64,000 nt of DNA, from positions 1 through 64,000 of the forward strand of contig DF237339.1 in assembly GCA_000708835.1 (NCBI GenBank), in the 5' to 3' direction. Below the pieces are notes generated by a model, which was given only the letters and a program-made list of their open reading frames with translations, did not search any database and was not told the origin of the DNA. This DNA is from Klebsormidium nitens (lineage: Eukaryota; Plantae; Klebsormidiophyceae). This document shows, piece after piece, positions 48,601 to 62,042 of the stretch. Position 1 is the stretch's first letter. Each line of letters starts with the position of its first letter. The translations under genes and the position numbers were made by a program.

Positions 48601-51600
48601 ACCCTGGCACTCATTACGATAGATCAGCCGTGGTAGACGCGATTCCGTCTGCGCAGGTTTTCTGTAGGTCCAGTGAAAAGACAGAAGAGGCTAGATTGAC
48701 AACGACAAAACCTCTTGCGTAACCTTTCCTACGAACAACAAAAACTAAGGTGTCTAGAAAGCCAATGATTGGGGGGTTACCTCTTGCGCGCCATGCTTTC
48801 CGCCTGCTGAGCGACAACGGACGCCGCTTCCATTGTTTTCATGCTTCCGGCCTCCCTTTCCGCCCTCTCACCGACAGCCGAACTTGCTGGATCGTCCTTT
48901 GCTTGAGCGTCCGCATCGCTTCTACTCGCGCCGGGTTCAGCAGTATATTGGTTGACCGGATTTGAAGGGTCCATCTGCCTATCGTCAGGCAAAACCCCGT
49001 TGCCCTCCAAGGAACGAACTCTAGTCAGAGGATCCGTGGCTTCCGCAGATCCGTTCGCAGTCTCGGGCGGAGCTCCGCGGGTGCCTTCCGAAGAGTTCTC
49101 GCCTGGGAAGCGGCTCAACTGAGCTGGATGTGAATCGGCGGGTGTGCTTTGGACCTCCGTAATAGACGGCGCAGCGTTGCCGGCTTCCTCGCCGCTTTCT
49201 GGAACTGCTAGAGTAGATTCCTGCCCTCGCTGCGTGGAAGATTCTTCGATGGCCGAAAATCTAGCCGCCTGCCCGATTGATCCACCCTCGTCTCTGGTCA
49301 TACCCAAAGAGTCCCCTTCGCTGTCCTCACTGTGCAATTCACGATCCTGCCCCTCACCCGGGGCAGCAAAAGCGGACTGCCTTGTCGGACTCAATTCAAG
49401 CTTCATGTTACTCGACCCGCGACTTCCGCTACTTTTTATCGACCCCCTGTCGCGCCGTTCCGCTCTGTTCCCGGCCGCATTCCGCTCATGTCCACTAGCC
49501 TTAACCCGAAAGCTTTCTCCATTCCCCTCCCCTGTGTCCTGATTCCCCTCCCGTTGCTTCGTTGGGATTCGTCCCGCCGACCGCGGCCGCTGCGGGCCCT
49601 GCTTGTCCTGCCCGTTGCTGTTGCGAATCTCCGTTAAAGCCCCTCGTGCCGCTGCGCTTCTCGAACGACTCCTGCTGACGTCATGGCTCCCGCTGACGTC
49701 ATCCCGCGCAGCCGCAGCGCTTGCGCAGCCCGTACTAGAGTCCAGCTCTGTGCTGGCGGAATCAGCGTTTTCGACTGCGTGCGCGCCGTCCCGCCGGGCC
49801 CTCCGGTGCGCTTCTGCATCGGCGCGGATCTGCTCGCGGAGCCGCTGCACCTCCGCCTCGAGCCGCTGCTGTTCCTCTTGGACCGCTAGCTTCCTGCAAA
49901 GGGCGTTATCGGAGCTCTGATAAGGAATCTATGATATCGATCGGAGTGTCCACGATGATTGCAACCCCGAGCTTTGAATCGCCTCAGAAAGTGGGGATTC
50001 CAGACGGAGATGATTTGCTTGAGACTGTAGACATTCTGCCTGAGAAGGAGTACCTAGTTCTTCCAATAATCTGCTTGGCAGCTTGTCCTAGTCGGATCTC
50101 AAGGGATATCAAATGAGAAGGCCGCCGCGCTTGCACAGGTAGCCTGCAGTTTCCTTGAGGATGAGAGTAATCCTAAGACTGCTGAGTACCCTGACTACTT
50201 TTCGCAGATTTCAGGTCAACAGTATGTTTCGGCCAAAGACTGCGATTGCTTCACCAGCTTCCCCCAGATGTTCAGGTACCTGTCAAGTGGTGATGGCTGG
50301 TGCTTGACAAAAGCTGTCTTCGTCTTTCAAACGGATATCATGCAGAAAGCTGGCTCCAGAACACAAGGATCAACCTGAAAGTACAATGCTGTCATTTGAC
50401 AGAGTTCCCCACAGCTTCGGGTAGTCATAATCCAGCACAAAACACTTCATACCCTCTCAAAAGTACGGGGCTGGAGATCGATTAAGGACAGAAGAGAACA
50501 GAAGTGCCACGAACCGAATGCACTGAGAAGTCTGAGAAGTTCTGTTCGCGGTACTGTCAACGCCTGCACTCGCAAGTGCGCGGACTTCATAACTGGACAT
50601 CCATCTACCCTCAAAGTAGGGGCTGACTCAAAGAACATGTTGTAGGTGTGCGCTCAAGAAAGTCCAGCGAGTGTGTTTGGTTCAGACCCACCTTTTCTGG
50701 TACGCAACAACTCTGTTGTCCTTCCTTTCAGGCTTTGTAGAACCAGGAGTGCCGCTGCTGACAGTGGACTTATGAGGTGCCAACTGCACACCACGGGCCT
50801 CCGCCAAAGCAGCCCGCCCTTGCGCAAGAATATCCACCTTTTGCGGAGCTCGCTTCTTTCTTTTCTCCTCCACCATCTGCGATGACACTTGTGTCTTGTT
50901 GCTAGGCAGTTTAGACAGCAGTCTGTGACGCTTTGAGGCAATAGGGCACTTTCGAGAGAAAGCTGAAGGAGGGCGAGGCTTCCTTCTACAGCTTTGGAGC
51001 ACGAGGGTACTGCAGAGCTGCAGCACGCCAAAGCCATCACCCCCTACGACCAGAGACAAGTTCGGAATCTTACGCAGGGACCAGATGCCAAAGCCTACAC
51101 ACATATTTTGAGAACTTTCATTAGTTCTAAAAGTAGGGATATCCAGCAAGGCACAGGGATGTCTCTTACCTGATGCCTGAGCTCCATAACAAGTCGAGGA
51201 GCATACTCTTTGACGTTATGCCCTGGCTTTGCTTCTTGCGCCCTTGCCTGACCATACTTGGCTACACTCGCTTTGGTTTGTCTCTCAAGGCCCCTAGGTT
51301 GGAGAGTCTCCACATATTGAGCTGGATCGTACCGCTTCGATTTGTGTTCAGGTTCCGTAGACAGTAGCTGTTGGGGGGGCAGCTGGCCCTTGTTGACATA
51401 AGAATTGAGAAGCCTGAAGGATTGAGTCAAGGAGGTACTGAAGATGCAGACATAAAGGAACATTGCGGCACAAGCAAGTCATGATATGCGCGAGAAAGGT
51501 GCAAGGAGACAGCACCCCTAGCAGATGAGACTTTGCATTCTGTTGGAAGGGCAATCAGAGATTCTGGCGAACGTGGATATAGCAAGCTTATCAAACTCCT

Positions 51601-52327
51601 AGTGCTTGATGGGATGGGGGGGCTTAAGGATACTGCCAGCGTGAAGGCGCCCTGTTTTCTGCTTGAGAGCTGTGTTCGCTTCCCAAGGGAGATGCCGGCT
51701 CCTTGTGGTGTTCTTCCTCCAACTCAGACCAAAGATCAGACTTTCTGTTACAGCTAGCTCCACGTCCAATGCTTTCATGCTTCTCGCTGAAGATACTATT
51801 TTTCCAATCGAAAGAGCTACTCAAGGCATCTTTGATGAAGTGTCTCCCTCCTGGATCAACTCCTTTGGGAGACAACGTAAAAGCCGGTGCTTGCCCCAAG
51901 AGACTAAGGCTGTCATCTGCAGCTAACGAGTAGGTCCATGCTGTGTCTTCGAGGTCCAATCTGTACTCCAGGTTGGGAAGAAGAGATGGTTCATTGTCCC
52001 CTTCCCAGTCGCGCAGTACAGCGGAGGCTGCAAGAGAAGAGAATCCAAATATGCTGCGAGATGCAACCTCAAATGTGTGCTGAAAGCTAGGGGAGCTGAA
52101 AGCTGAAAGAGCCGGAAGACAGAAAGCTGAAAGAGCCCATCTTCTGAGAAAGCTAGCAGTTTGCAATGTGCTGGAGGCAACGCATCAGGGTTTGAACAAC
52201 AAGACCTTCGTGCTGGCTCTGACCTTAGTTGCCTCGTCATTCTCCCGTGATATGCACAGACAATCTGCAAAGCAACTGAGCACAGACTGGCCCCAATTTC
52301 TTACTTACCTTTCTCATAGACGTCCAT
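42616..52327 (-). CDS. CCDC191: CCDC191-like (Sfi1-repeat-like, W-rich coiled-coil) centriole/cilium-associated protein, about 13 exons; both ends uncertain
   Basis: Spliced segments APRLVMELRHQ|MVEEKRKKR, QEEQQRLEAEVQRLREQI, IVLQWRRMTLFWRAWREE, HWRLRLLSQAFILWQ, LKKEVQAQHAARSHKMRALL and LLSRSFFDW...EKERQEEAMWAKINGWL align in order with recalled human CCDC191 (DPRLTMEMRHKQVKENR; LKRELALTKEETRKKMDALL). Confidence 0.72.
46223..46311 (-). other. Duplicated, stop-containing copy of a CCDC191 exon start with its own acceptor
   Basis: ctcgtag|GC CTT CAG AAG GAG GTC...(GLQKEVTTQQSARSHKARANFSKLEASRP*) vs the main exon cacag|GC CTC AAG AAG GAG GTC...(GLKKEVQAQHAARSHKMRALL) starting at 46129. Same phase. 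Confidence 0.8.
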
Positions 52328-53033
52328 CTCATCAGATCCGATAATTGCTAAGTGCTCAGTACGTCCATGGGCGCCGCCTCATCTCCGCAGGCGGAAAAGA
52401 TCAGACGGCTATGTGGCAAACCAACACGCTGGACAATTGTTCCTTTGTTCCATTTGCAGCGCCCAATGAACTAACAGTAACTAGATCATTGTGGTGCAGC
52501 TATTGCACGTTGCAGCTGCTCCATGCTGATGCTCCTCAGCTCGGTTGCTGGGCCCTTCGAAAATTAGGGTTGGGATGCGAGTGGGTTCGCCGTCGAACGG
52601 AAAACCTCACAGACGCCTAGGGGCTCGGTTCGATGATGTGCCCCCAATTCAGAGCAGCACACGTCCTGAGCATTCTGAATCTTGCGATTCTTGGATTTGA
52701 AAGCGAGCACTTCTCTGGCCAGGCCGGCTGGCTGCATTTGCATTCCACTACCACTAGCATTGGCAAAGGGCGAATGTATTACGGCGCTTGCTGCACGAAA
52801 TCCACTCTCTCTTTCTCCGCGCACCGCAGACTGCTACAGGTGCTCTGCCACTATTTGTTGATGTCTGCAGAACGTATGTGCCTACTCCTCAGGGCATCCC
52901 CGGCGCTAAGACTGGGCGGAAGGGCCAGGCGTTTGAGTGCTAGCAACATTTGAAAAGTGCTGATTCTTAATGCATTGAGTGCAGCCCTTGAGTGCTTATA
53001 ATCCTGAGCCTTTACCACCACAAGCACGCGTGA

Positions 53034-56000
53034 ATGGATCCGCTCGCTGCTGTGAGGACCTCAACAGCTTGGGTGGTGGATCAAGCAAAACATGTGACCA
53101 TCAATGATGCAGGTAAAGCAGGGACGAACGACCTTCTTGGTTTTCTGACATACACTGGAGGGGAAGCATTGAGATGTGCAAAATGTATGAGCATTGTTGA
53201 GCAAACCTTTAAGCCTGTTTATTGTTCTACTAAGAGGCCAGGAAGAGCTTCGTGATGCAACCACTGTTGCTGGACAGCTGGCTTCAAGCGTGACAGCATG
53301 CCTTTTATCTTTTTACATCCACTTGAGAGCATTGGGAAAGCGTTCCAAACTGAAGCATACTCCCTTTGCCATACCCCGTACAGCAATCAATGCTGCGGCC
53401 AAGCACCTCAGCGCACAGTCAGTACCATCAGTGGTATGGAACAGTGATGACATGCACTACAGCGATGGAGGGCCGCTGACGGTGCAATACTTGTTTCTCC
53501 TTGATGCGCTGAACTTCTGCTTCTGGCCAGGTGAGACGTCCAAAGGCTCACCACATTTGGGAACTGCAGAAAGAAGTCAAAGAGAAATGACTTCCTGATT
53601 GCATGATGATTGGTGACCATCTGCCAAACGTTTGCACTCCTCTTTAACTCGCCTCAGTCCCAGGACTTCCTAATCAAGTGGTCCTTCTTTGAAGTGCAGA
53701 CTCAGAGTTTGACTACGTCCATCTCGCTAAAGGGCTCAAGGCGTCCCTGGAGAAGGACAAGGCCTGCTTGGATGCAGATAAGCTGGCGGCGTGCGATGGT
53801 ACGTTGGACAAAGCCAACCCAAGATAGATAAACACTTTATGTAGTTTAAATCCCCTAATCAAGGCATCTGCAGAATTGGGCAGGTGTCAATGTCAGGCAG
53901 ACATTGGCGACCGTTACAGGTCAACGATTCAGGGAAAAGCCATTGAATTGAACATTTTTTGGACAAATTTTCCGAGATTGTTCAAGTCATCGACGCATGG
54001 CTCATGCTTAAGAGGCCTTTCTATCAGGCCTAATGGATTAGGTGACCCGCGGGCGAACTGCTGATGACTGATCTGGTTCTCACTTTCTCCAGGATTGATG
54101 CTCCGCAAGCTGGTTCAGTGGAAAACCGAACTGCCTGGAGAGGAGGAACGAGCCCGCTTGGTCAGAGAGGTAGGCTCAATCCCAAGCGAGAAACATTCTC
54201 CTGGGTAAATTTGACTTCGGCCTTCGTATGCACGGCTTCAGTATATGAGGTGGCTATGTTTCTGAAACACTAGAATTCGTTGCTATTGTCGGGAAACAGA
54301 GCTGCTGGAGGAGATGCTGCGTCTCAAGGGGCTGTCAACTTTTGCATCAGAAACAGGGGAAACCAACTGAATTCATTCGTTGATTTTGGCCAGGTTGGAA
54401 CGGGTCTCCTCTCCTCTTTCGAAGGTCAAGCAGCAAACCTGGTCAGGGCGGCCAACAACTCTGCAGCGCAGTTGGTGACCTTGGTGACAGCGCATTTCCC
54501 AGGTCAGTTACATCTAACGTTCAGCATAGCAATCAATCTTCGGTTCTGGAGGCGAGTGTAAATCTTCGTCAGACCAATTCGAGAGACGGTTCTGAGTGAT
54601 GCAAAGCCTGGTCCGCGCTCAATAAGGTGCCCATGCTCCACGAGAATTCCTCGAACTCAAGTACCCCATGAGGACTGAGCGCGGTTGGGAGAAAAAGCTT
54701 CTTCTACTACCCCTTCGTAGCAAGCCTTGCAGAAAGTGTCACAGCATAGAGCCAATGAAGATGCAATGGTTGATTGTGTTTCGGCGAAACCACATTAGGC
54801 GATTCTTTGGATCCGCCAAGGCATCCGCATGACAATCTAGGCGAAGCTGCTTGAAGTCACAAGCTTCGAAGGCGAGGAAAAAGTAGCTGACTGTGTCACT
54901 ATTCAGGAGGCGAGTTTCGACGATCCTTCATCCTTCAGACTTCGATACTCTGAAGCTGTGTAAATGGAGGACTTGATGACAAAGCAGACTGCTTGCCTGT
55001 GCAGGCTTTCGTGATCACTGCGTTTACAGAGGAAGGCAAGTGTTCCTCTACAAGCGCGCACAAATTTTCGTTGGGGACGTGTGGGGAGCTTTCGAAGGAA
55101 GAGGCCTGGGATCCTTCAACGACATTGAAGCGCTGACAATGTAAGCTCAACCTCCTTCTTCGCCTTCTGAGCAAACGCGAGTCCGATTGGTTCTAAAAGG
55201 ATAGACGGTGCCTCGTATTGATCTTCTGAAAGTAGGCTGGTTGAGCGAAGCGTCACCTTCAACATGTTCCTGCAATCAAGCCCGCGGTCTTCTGAGAGTT
55301 CTAGAATTGACGTGCCAAACTGTCTAGTTGTTGGTAACAAACCTGCCTCTTTCGAACGTCTCCATACCAGGATCCTTAAGCATATCGTTGGCCGCTTAAA
55401 AGCAATTTGTTTCTCTTACTAGACCTTCTTATGCAGGTTCGCAGACTACCTGGTTCCAGTCGTGCTGAGAGAATGGAAGATCCTCGATTACGACCAAGTG
55501 TTGGCAACGAGGGTAAAGGAAAAGGAAGAGATTGAGCCAGGATCCGCGGAGGAGGTAATTGTGTTAATCGACTTCCATGATTCCACTGTCTGGAAGCATT
55601 TCTCCTCGTTTTTTGGCCCCTGATCGGCGACGATCCAATGTGACATCTCGTGTTGCTGACTTGACAACGTCAACCCGGGTTGCTTCCTGTGGCAGCTTCA
55701 ATTCATTGGCTGTTGTGCAGGTAGAGATCCGAGCAGCGACCATCTTAGCAGTTGAGAGATTGCGGGAAAGTGTAGCAAAGCAAATAAAACAGGAGGTAAG
55801 TTCGTGTTTCAGGTACTCTAGCCCTTGCTTACAGATTGTGTTGGTCTCAGCATAAGCTCATGCCTCTTGCTCGGAACGAGTTCCAGCTTTTCAACTCATG
55901 CACGTTGTGTGCGCATGTGCATCGCGGGAGACCATTCACAAGTGACTTAAATAACGGAAAACAAGTTGACAACAGATCTTGACTGGATGTTTACTGCCGG

Positions 56001-56156
56001 ATCTCATGAGCAATCTTCTCGGCGTGACCTGATCGTGCAACTCTCCTGATTTTGCAGGTCCTCAGTTTACAGATTGACTGGTGGCTGTGGCAATATGGAG
56101 AAGACAATAGGAGCCGATTGGAACCACATCACAGGACAAGAACGATATACTATTAG
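53034..56156 (+). CDS. QNG1: Queuosine 5'-phosphate N-glycosylase/hydrolase (queuine salvage, C9orf64/DUF2419), 9 exons
   Basis: QYLFLLDALNFCFWP, GEEERARLVREVG, HFPGFRDHCVYRGRQVFLYKRAQIFVGDVW, TMFADYLVPVVLR, EVEIRAATI, LQIDWWLWQYG...PHHRTRTIYY*. All nine exons join in frame. Confidence 0.94.
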
Positions 56157-57415
56157 AAGGCCACCGATACGATAGCTTCGTTGAGTGTCTTTGCACGCTG
56201 CCCGTCTTGGTCTTGGCGACATGCTCCTTGGCACGAGTTCGGTGTTCATAGGTCATCTACTTCTCGGCACATGCTCTGGCAGATTAGTCAAGATCAGATC
56301 ACCTTGATTGTTGATCAACGTCGAATGTCCAAAGCAGGTCGTTGAAATGCAAATTGATGTTGTCAGGTTGAGTTGCTAATTTGAAGGTGTTTGTCTAGCT
56401 GCTCATGTAGACGAAAGCATGACTATGACCATTTAGATTGACTTGCTCATAGATCCTTGTAAGATGACGCGGAGCTAGCTCATTGTATTGCCAAGCATTG
56501 AGCAATGGGCGCGCCTCATTGGAATCTGGCCCAAGCTGCCGAGTTTTAGGCATGCGCTCATGGTCAAACAAATCACTTTTCGGTCATGCCAATTGCCCCA
56601 AAGACGCATGACTACGAGACTAGCTCGCTCCGAGATCGAATTGTTTTATTGAGGTCAGAGACTCAAGAGGAGGTCGGAGGGAGTCGATCTGAAGCTCGCC
56701 CCTTCTAATCGTTTTCATTCTAATCAAGACTTCATTGGATGCTAGCCTCTAGGTGTTCCATTATTGAAATACTGTCCTTTTGATTGATAATTTCTAGGGG
56801 TCGACAAAGACCTGTGCATGTGCACGAGGGTCACTCCGTCCCTCTATTGATATAAGAGACTTGCCCGAGACAGACCTAAAGCGCGCGAGGGAAAGTCGAT
56901 TCCTCATGTGCACCCGGGCAACGCCACCAGCGACGATTTCTCGAGCGCAAAACTTGGGCATCCAGACTGTTCGGCAGCATGAATCGAGACCGTTGGATGT
57001 TCCGTTTTGACGGTTCGATTCACATTGCCCGCACAGCAGGGCCATGGCTGCCAAGGTGCCAAGATGGCAGATCTGGTGGCTCACATTTGCTGTTCGCAGA
57101 TCCTACAAGGACAATCCGAGCTAACAATTTGGGGGCCTCTGACCTCGTCCCGAGTGTTATACGGGGTCTGGAAACGCGAACTTTGAAGGCCATTTTGCCG
57201 AAAGTAACAACGATTACTCGATTCAAATCGTCACAGCTGAACTCTCCTCCAAAACAAAAGACATCCTCTTATACGGGCATAAGCGACGCTTAAACATTTG
57301 CTTATAGGTTAGATTCCCTTGTTTTCTGATCGGGTTTATCCAGCGCTTTGCTCATGTCGGAATGAGAATGTTCAGCTTTTGAAGCAACAGAAGAAGTGCA
57401 AAGAGATCCAGCGCA

Positions 57416-60400
57416 ATGGCTTCCTCTGCCGCAGTTGCCAGCGTTGGTGCCTCCTCGAGCCTGGGACTGTCTGCAAGGGGGTCTGTCAGGTCTGCCAGCA
57501 GGGCCAATGTCGCCGTCACTCCGTCGCGGTCATTCAGCAGGAGGGCCAATGCACCTGCCAGGCAGACCGCGGCAGTCGGTGCATTCTCCAGCGAGATGCA
57601 CAGCGCTGCTAGGCAGGTGTCCGAGGGCTTCTTCGGAGTGAATGCTGTTGCCAGAGCCGCTGCTGCTCAGGGGCCTAAGGCCAGCAGGAGACCGATCAGG
57701 GCGCTTGTTGTGTGCAAAGTTGGGGAGAAGACTGTTGTCATCGGACTTGCTGCTGACTCCGGTTGCGGGAAGAGTACCTTCATGAGGAGGCTTACGAGCG
57801 TTTTCGGAGGGGCTGCGTCACCCCCTAAGGGTGGCAACCCCGATTCTAACACACTCATCTCAGACACGACCACTGTGATCTGCCTCGATGATTACCATTC
57901 CTTGGACAGGGGGGGCAGGAAGAGAGAGAAGGTGACGGCCTTGGATCCTAAGGCACAGAACTTTGACCTGATGTATGAGCAGGTCAAGGCACTGAAAGAG
58001 GGCAAGGCAGTTGACAAGCCGATTTACAACCACGTCACTGGTCTCCTGGACCCCCCAGAGAGGATTGAGTCCCCTGATATCCTTGTCATCGAGGGTCTCC
58101 ACCCAATGTGAGTCTCAAATATGCAAAGTGACAACAGTTGGTTGGCTGCATTTCAGAATGCATACTTCCACGTCGACAGCAGCTGCTGCAAAGCAAGCGC
58201 TGCATTAACCAATTCCACAGAACTCTTGCTTGTCATTGTTTGCAGAAGGCAATGCAGCTTGTTTTCTGCCTGGTCATATCACCAACTTTGACAGGACTCG
58301 TCAGAGAAGGTCTCTCGGAAATGAGAAAGGTTGCTGCAGCTCTTACATGCATGCAGATCTTGCTTTCTGTAAGATCAGTGATCTGTTTTACTGGTTCACT
58401 GGTCTTGCAACCTCGCCATAGAGGCCGAGGAAGCTTACTGAGACTGGTTGCTTTCTTCAAATGTCATTCTGTCAGAGTAACTGCTGCAAATGCAATGTGA
58501 CCATCACCTTACATGCTTTGATGGAGCAACTTAAAAGTAGCCGCTTGAAATGTGGTACAGGTTCGATGACCGGGTCCGTGAGTTGCTCGACTTCACCGTA
58601 TATCTGGACATCAGCGATGAGGTCAAGTTTGCCTGGAAGATTCAGGTGAGCCAGATGGCTATAGACGCTTGATGCAGACACCCTCAAGTTTTAGCAATTT
58701 TAGTGACTCAAGAATGGACATTTGGACCGAATTCTACTACGTTTGCCACTCAAATGACACGAGGCACATTTTCCATGCTTGAACATCAGTAGCAGGTGTG
58801 GAAACATTCCAAAGTTTGCACGTTGGCACCAGGCGTGGGCTGACGGTGAAGCCACTCGTTCGAACAATGGAACTTTGCTGATGGCGCTTGTTCTTGTGGT
58901 CAGCGTGACATGGCTGAGCGCGGCCACAGCTTGGAGAGCATCAAGGCCAGCATTGAGTCCAGAAAACCTGACTTCGATGCATTCATTGGTGAGTTCTTAA
59001 TCTTCCAAGATCAGACATCCATCCTCCAGTTCCATCACTCCTCAGTTCCCTCCTGTTCCTCACCAACTATCAATAAACGTGGCGGAAAACATGCATGGTC
59101 AGATGCTCTTCTATCGTTGCTGCAATTGGCCGACTATGATGTAAGCCCTAAATGTAATGGTCGAGTCATCCAATCTTCAGCAGCAACAAAGCACCACTCT
59201 TCTGGTGGAGATGTGCCAGTTAAAGAAGTGCTCCTTTAGCGAAGGGCACAAAGCTGTGATCAATGTCGATGGTGTAAACAAATTCAAAAGGACCAAAGAA
59301 AGCGGAGCTTCTGAGGCTCAGTAGGAAGCAAACACCACAATCTGGCTTCTTCATCTAAGTTGGTGCTGGTACCCAAGTCTTCCTGAGTCTTTCAGCCAAT
59401 CCTGCAGCCATTTTATAAAATGCAAGGACTTGCAGTAACTCTACTGTGTGGAAGCAAGCAAACTCGTAACAGGGAACTTTACCATAGACGCAGATTCTTG
59501 AGTTGCTTCGGTTGCTCCACAAATGCTACAGAAAGTAGGGGTTATATGCAGCAACTTTGCCCGTTATCATGCCTCACTCTCAACTTCAACAATCTGCAAG
59601 CCTGCAAGCCACTAGCATGCTGTTCACTGTATTTAACACAGCGCAATTAGTAGACTTCCAACTTCGTTATACCCGGCGGCAACATCTTAACCCTAGGTTT
59701 TTTGTTGGGCAACTAGATGTAGATCAACTGGGACGCCGATACGCATGAGTTACAGTCTACTTGCTCTACTTGGATTGCAAGATTCTAGCTATGTTCAAAC
59801 ATTGAATTCCTTTCCTTGCAAAGGAAGCAAACCTGCCAATTCCTGCACCGAAGTTTCGTATGCATCAGCTATCTGAGACTCCGGGTTGCCCACAGTTGAT
59901 CCGCTCATCCCAATCCTGAGGCTCCAAAAGGGAGGATATTACTTTTGCAACTTCCAGTCCTTCTGCAAAACCCTAGCTTTTCAAGACATTGAGCTGCTCC
60001 CTCGCGGTGACTTGCTCACCCCCGATAGACCCCCGCAGGATAGTTCAACTCAGTTTGTCGCCCCGAGTCCTAGATTTCCCAGCTGCTGATTCGCTCACCC
60101 CTCGCCCCCGCAGACCCCCAGAAGGAGAAGGCGGACATTGTGATCCAGGTCCTGCCGACCCAGCTCATTCCCGACGACAACGAGGGCAAGGTGCTGCGCG
60201 TGAGGATGATCCAGAAGGAGGGCGTGGAGGGCTTCGACCCCGTGTACCTGTATGACGAGGGGTCGACCATCTCTTGGATTCCTTGCGGCAGGAAGCTCAC
60301 GTGCTCATACCCGGGCATCAAGTTCTTCTACGGGCCCGACACGTACTACGGTAACGAGGTGGGTCACCTGCTCTTAAGAGTCTCTACTTCTGCTGGTCTT

Positions 60401-61423
60401 TTTGTAATTCAGTCACGATGCTTCATGTTGAGAGTGATTTGCAGATCAGCCAGATTGATGTTTGTGTGAAACAATTGCTTATCAGGGGGATTATGCAAGA
60501 GGGAAAAGTGGGAAGCATGCAGCACTCGTTGCATCAGGTTCTTTGCACTTGGACCTTAAGAGTGGTTGTACAGAGTTGCATGACTTCCAATGAAAGTAAA
60601 TGTTGTCCTGCTGCAAGAGCACACGGAGCGCAGACACCCCCCAGTATCTCGAGCACGATGTCAAGAATCACGGAAGTACGGATTTTACCCCAGAATGAGC
60701 AAGTTAAACAAGTGTGCAAGAGATAAAAAGCTGGGTTACATATAGCCTCTACTTTTGTCGCTGAAAGCAAATGCTTCCACGACAACTCAAACACAGCCCT
60801 TAAAAGTCAGAGAACGATCTTAAAAACAACTCCATCGGTCCTCTAGCGCATTCACCAAAGGTTTCGGACCTTGCAGAGGAAGGACTTGGTTTGAGAAAGT
60901 GCCAGTGCGTCTGCCTTTCTCGATGCACAAATTGCAGGCGCCGCACGCTGGGCAGATTTTTAGTTGTTGTGGCGAAACAAGCAGGAGGGCGAACGGCTTC
61001 ATTCAGAAGCATTTTTCTTCACCTGTTACTGACTTTCGATATATCAAAAAAAGAAAGGAATGTTGGAGGTTTCAGAAGCGGGTAGGAGAAAAGCAGGCGT
61101 TCTTAAAGACGTTTGATGTAATCCTTTCGATTGTCTGTTGGATCAAAAGAATCGCTCCGACTAACTCGTATGCCCTTTTCTTGCAGGTGTCCGTCCTGGA
61201 GATGGATGGGCAGTTCGATAAGCTGGAGGAGCTGATCTACGTCGAGAGCCACTTGAGCAACACATCCTCAAAGTTCTACGGGGAGATCACGCAGCAGATG
61301 CTCAGGCATGCGGACTTCCCTGGGTCTAACAACGGCACCGGCCTCTTCCAAACCATCGTTGGGTTGAAGATTAGGGAAGCGTACGAGAAGCTCGCAAAGA
61401 AGGCCGTGGCTGTCACCGTATAA
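57416..61423 (+). CDS. PRK: Chloroplast phosphoribulokinase with transit peptide, 5 exons
   Basis: Exons 57416-58107, 58561-58645, 58904-58988, 60114-60358, 61187-61423. S/A/R-rich transit peptide. VIGLAADSGCGKSTFMRR, VICLDDYH, EGLHP, WIPCGRKLTCSYPG, FPGSNNGTGLFQTIVGLKIR. Confidence 0.98.
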
Positions 61424-62042
61424 GTTCGGTACTTAGTTGTGCTTATAACTCTGAGTTGCCCCGTTGCTGACGGGTTGACGATTTCCACCTTGTGGAGAAG
61501 ATCTGGGTCGATCTGCGTTGATAGTGCAATCACAGCAAGTCTTTCTGACTTCTACCGTAGATTGCATTAGGTCGATTGCAAATGAAGCCGAAGTTTTGCT
61601 CGGCGGCAGACTATTTGTCACGAAACCTTGCGTTTGTATGTTCAGTCCACGCTTGACATGGGAACGTTGTGAGCGGCTACTATGAAGGGGATTTACGACA
61701 AGCTGCATCGAGCCATCATGTGCTCAGTTGTTGCCATCATTATGCTTTGAGTGCTGCTTGTGCCCTTGCTGTCCGACCTAGGGCCTGGTCAACAATGTAC
61801 GCGCATTGGCTGCAGCGTCGCACATATATATGTCATGGACTACATGGCGGTCATACCATGCATGATGCACGTTCATGCATTTATTTGCCCTTCAAGTGGT
61901 CCTACTAGTAAGGTTGTATTTTTTGGCGCGGCCGCGCCCTTTTTTTGCAGTATGCAAGCCTCATTAAGTGCATCAATTGGTGCGCGAGCTAAAATTGGTG
62001 CGCGATCGCTAACAGATCGAGTATAATCGACATGTGATATGT

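Noticed and set aside
48366-48610. Exon-like ORF inside CCDC191
   Set aside because: The exons ending at 48781 and starting at about 47848 already join in phase, and the ORF has no CCDC191-like motif.
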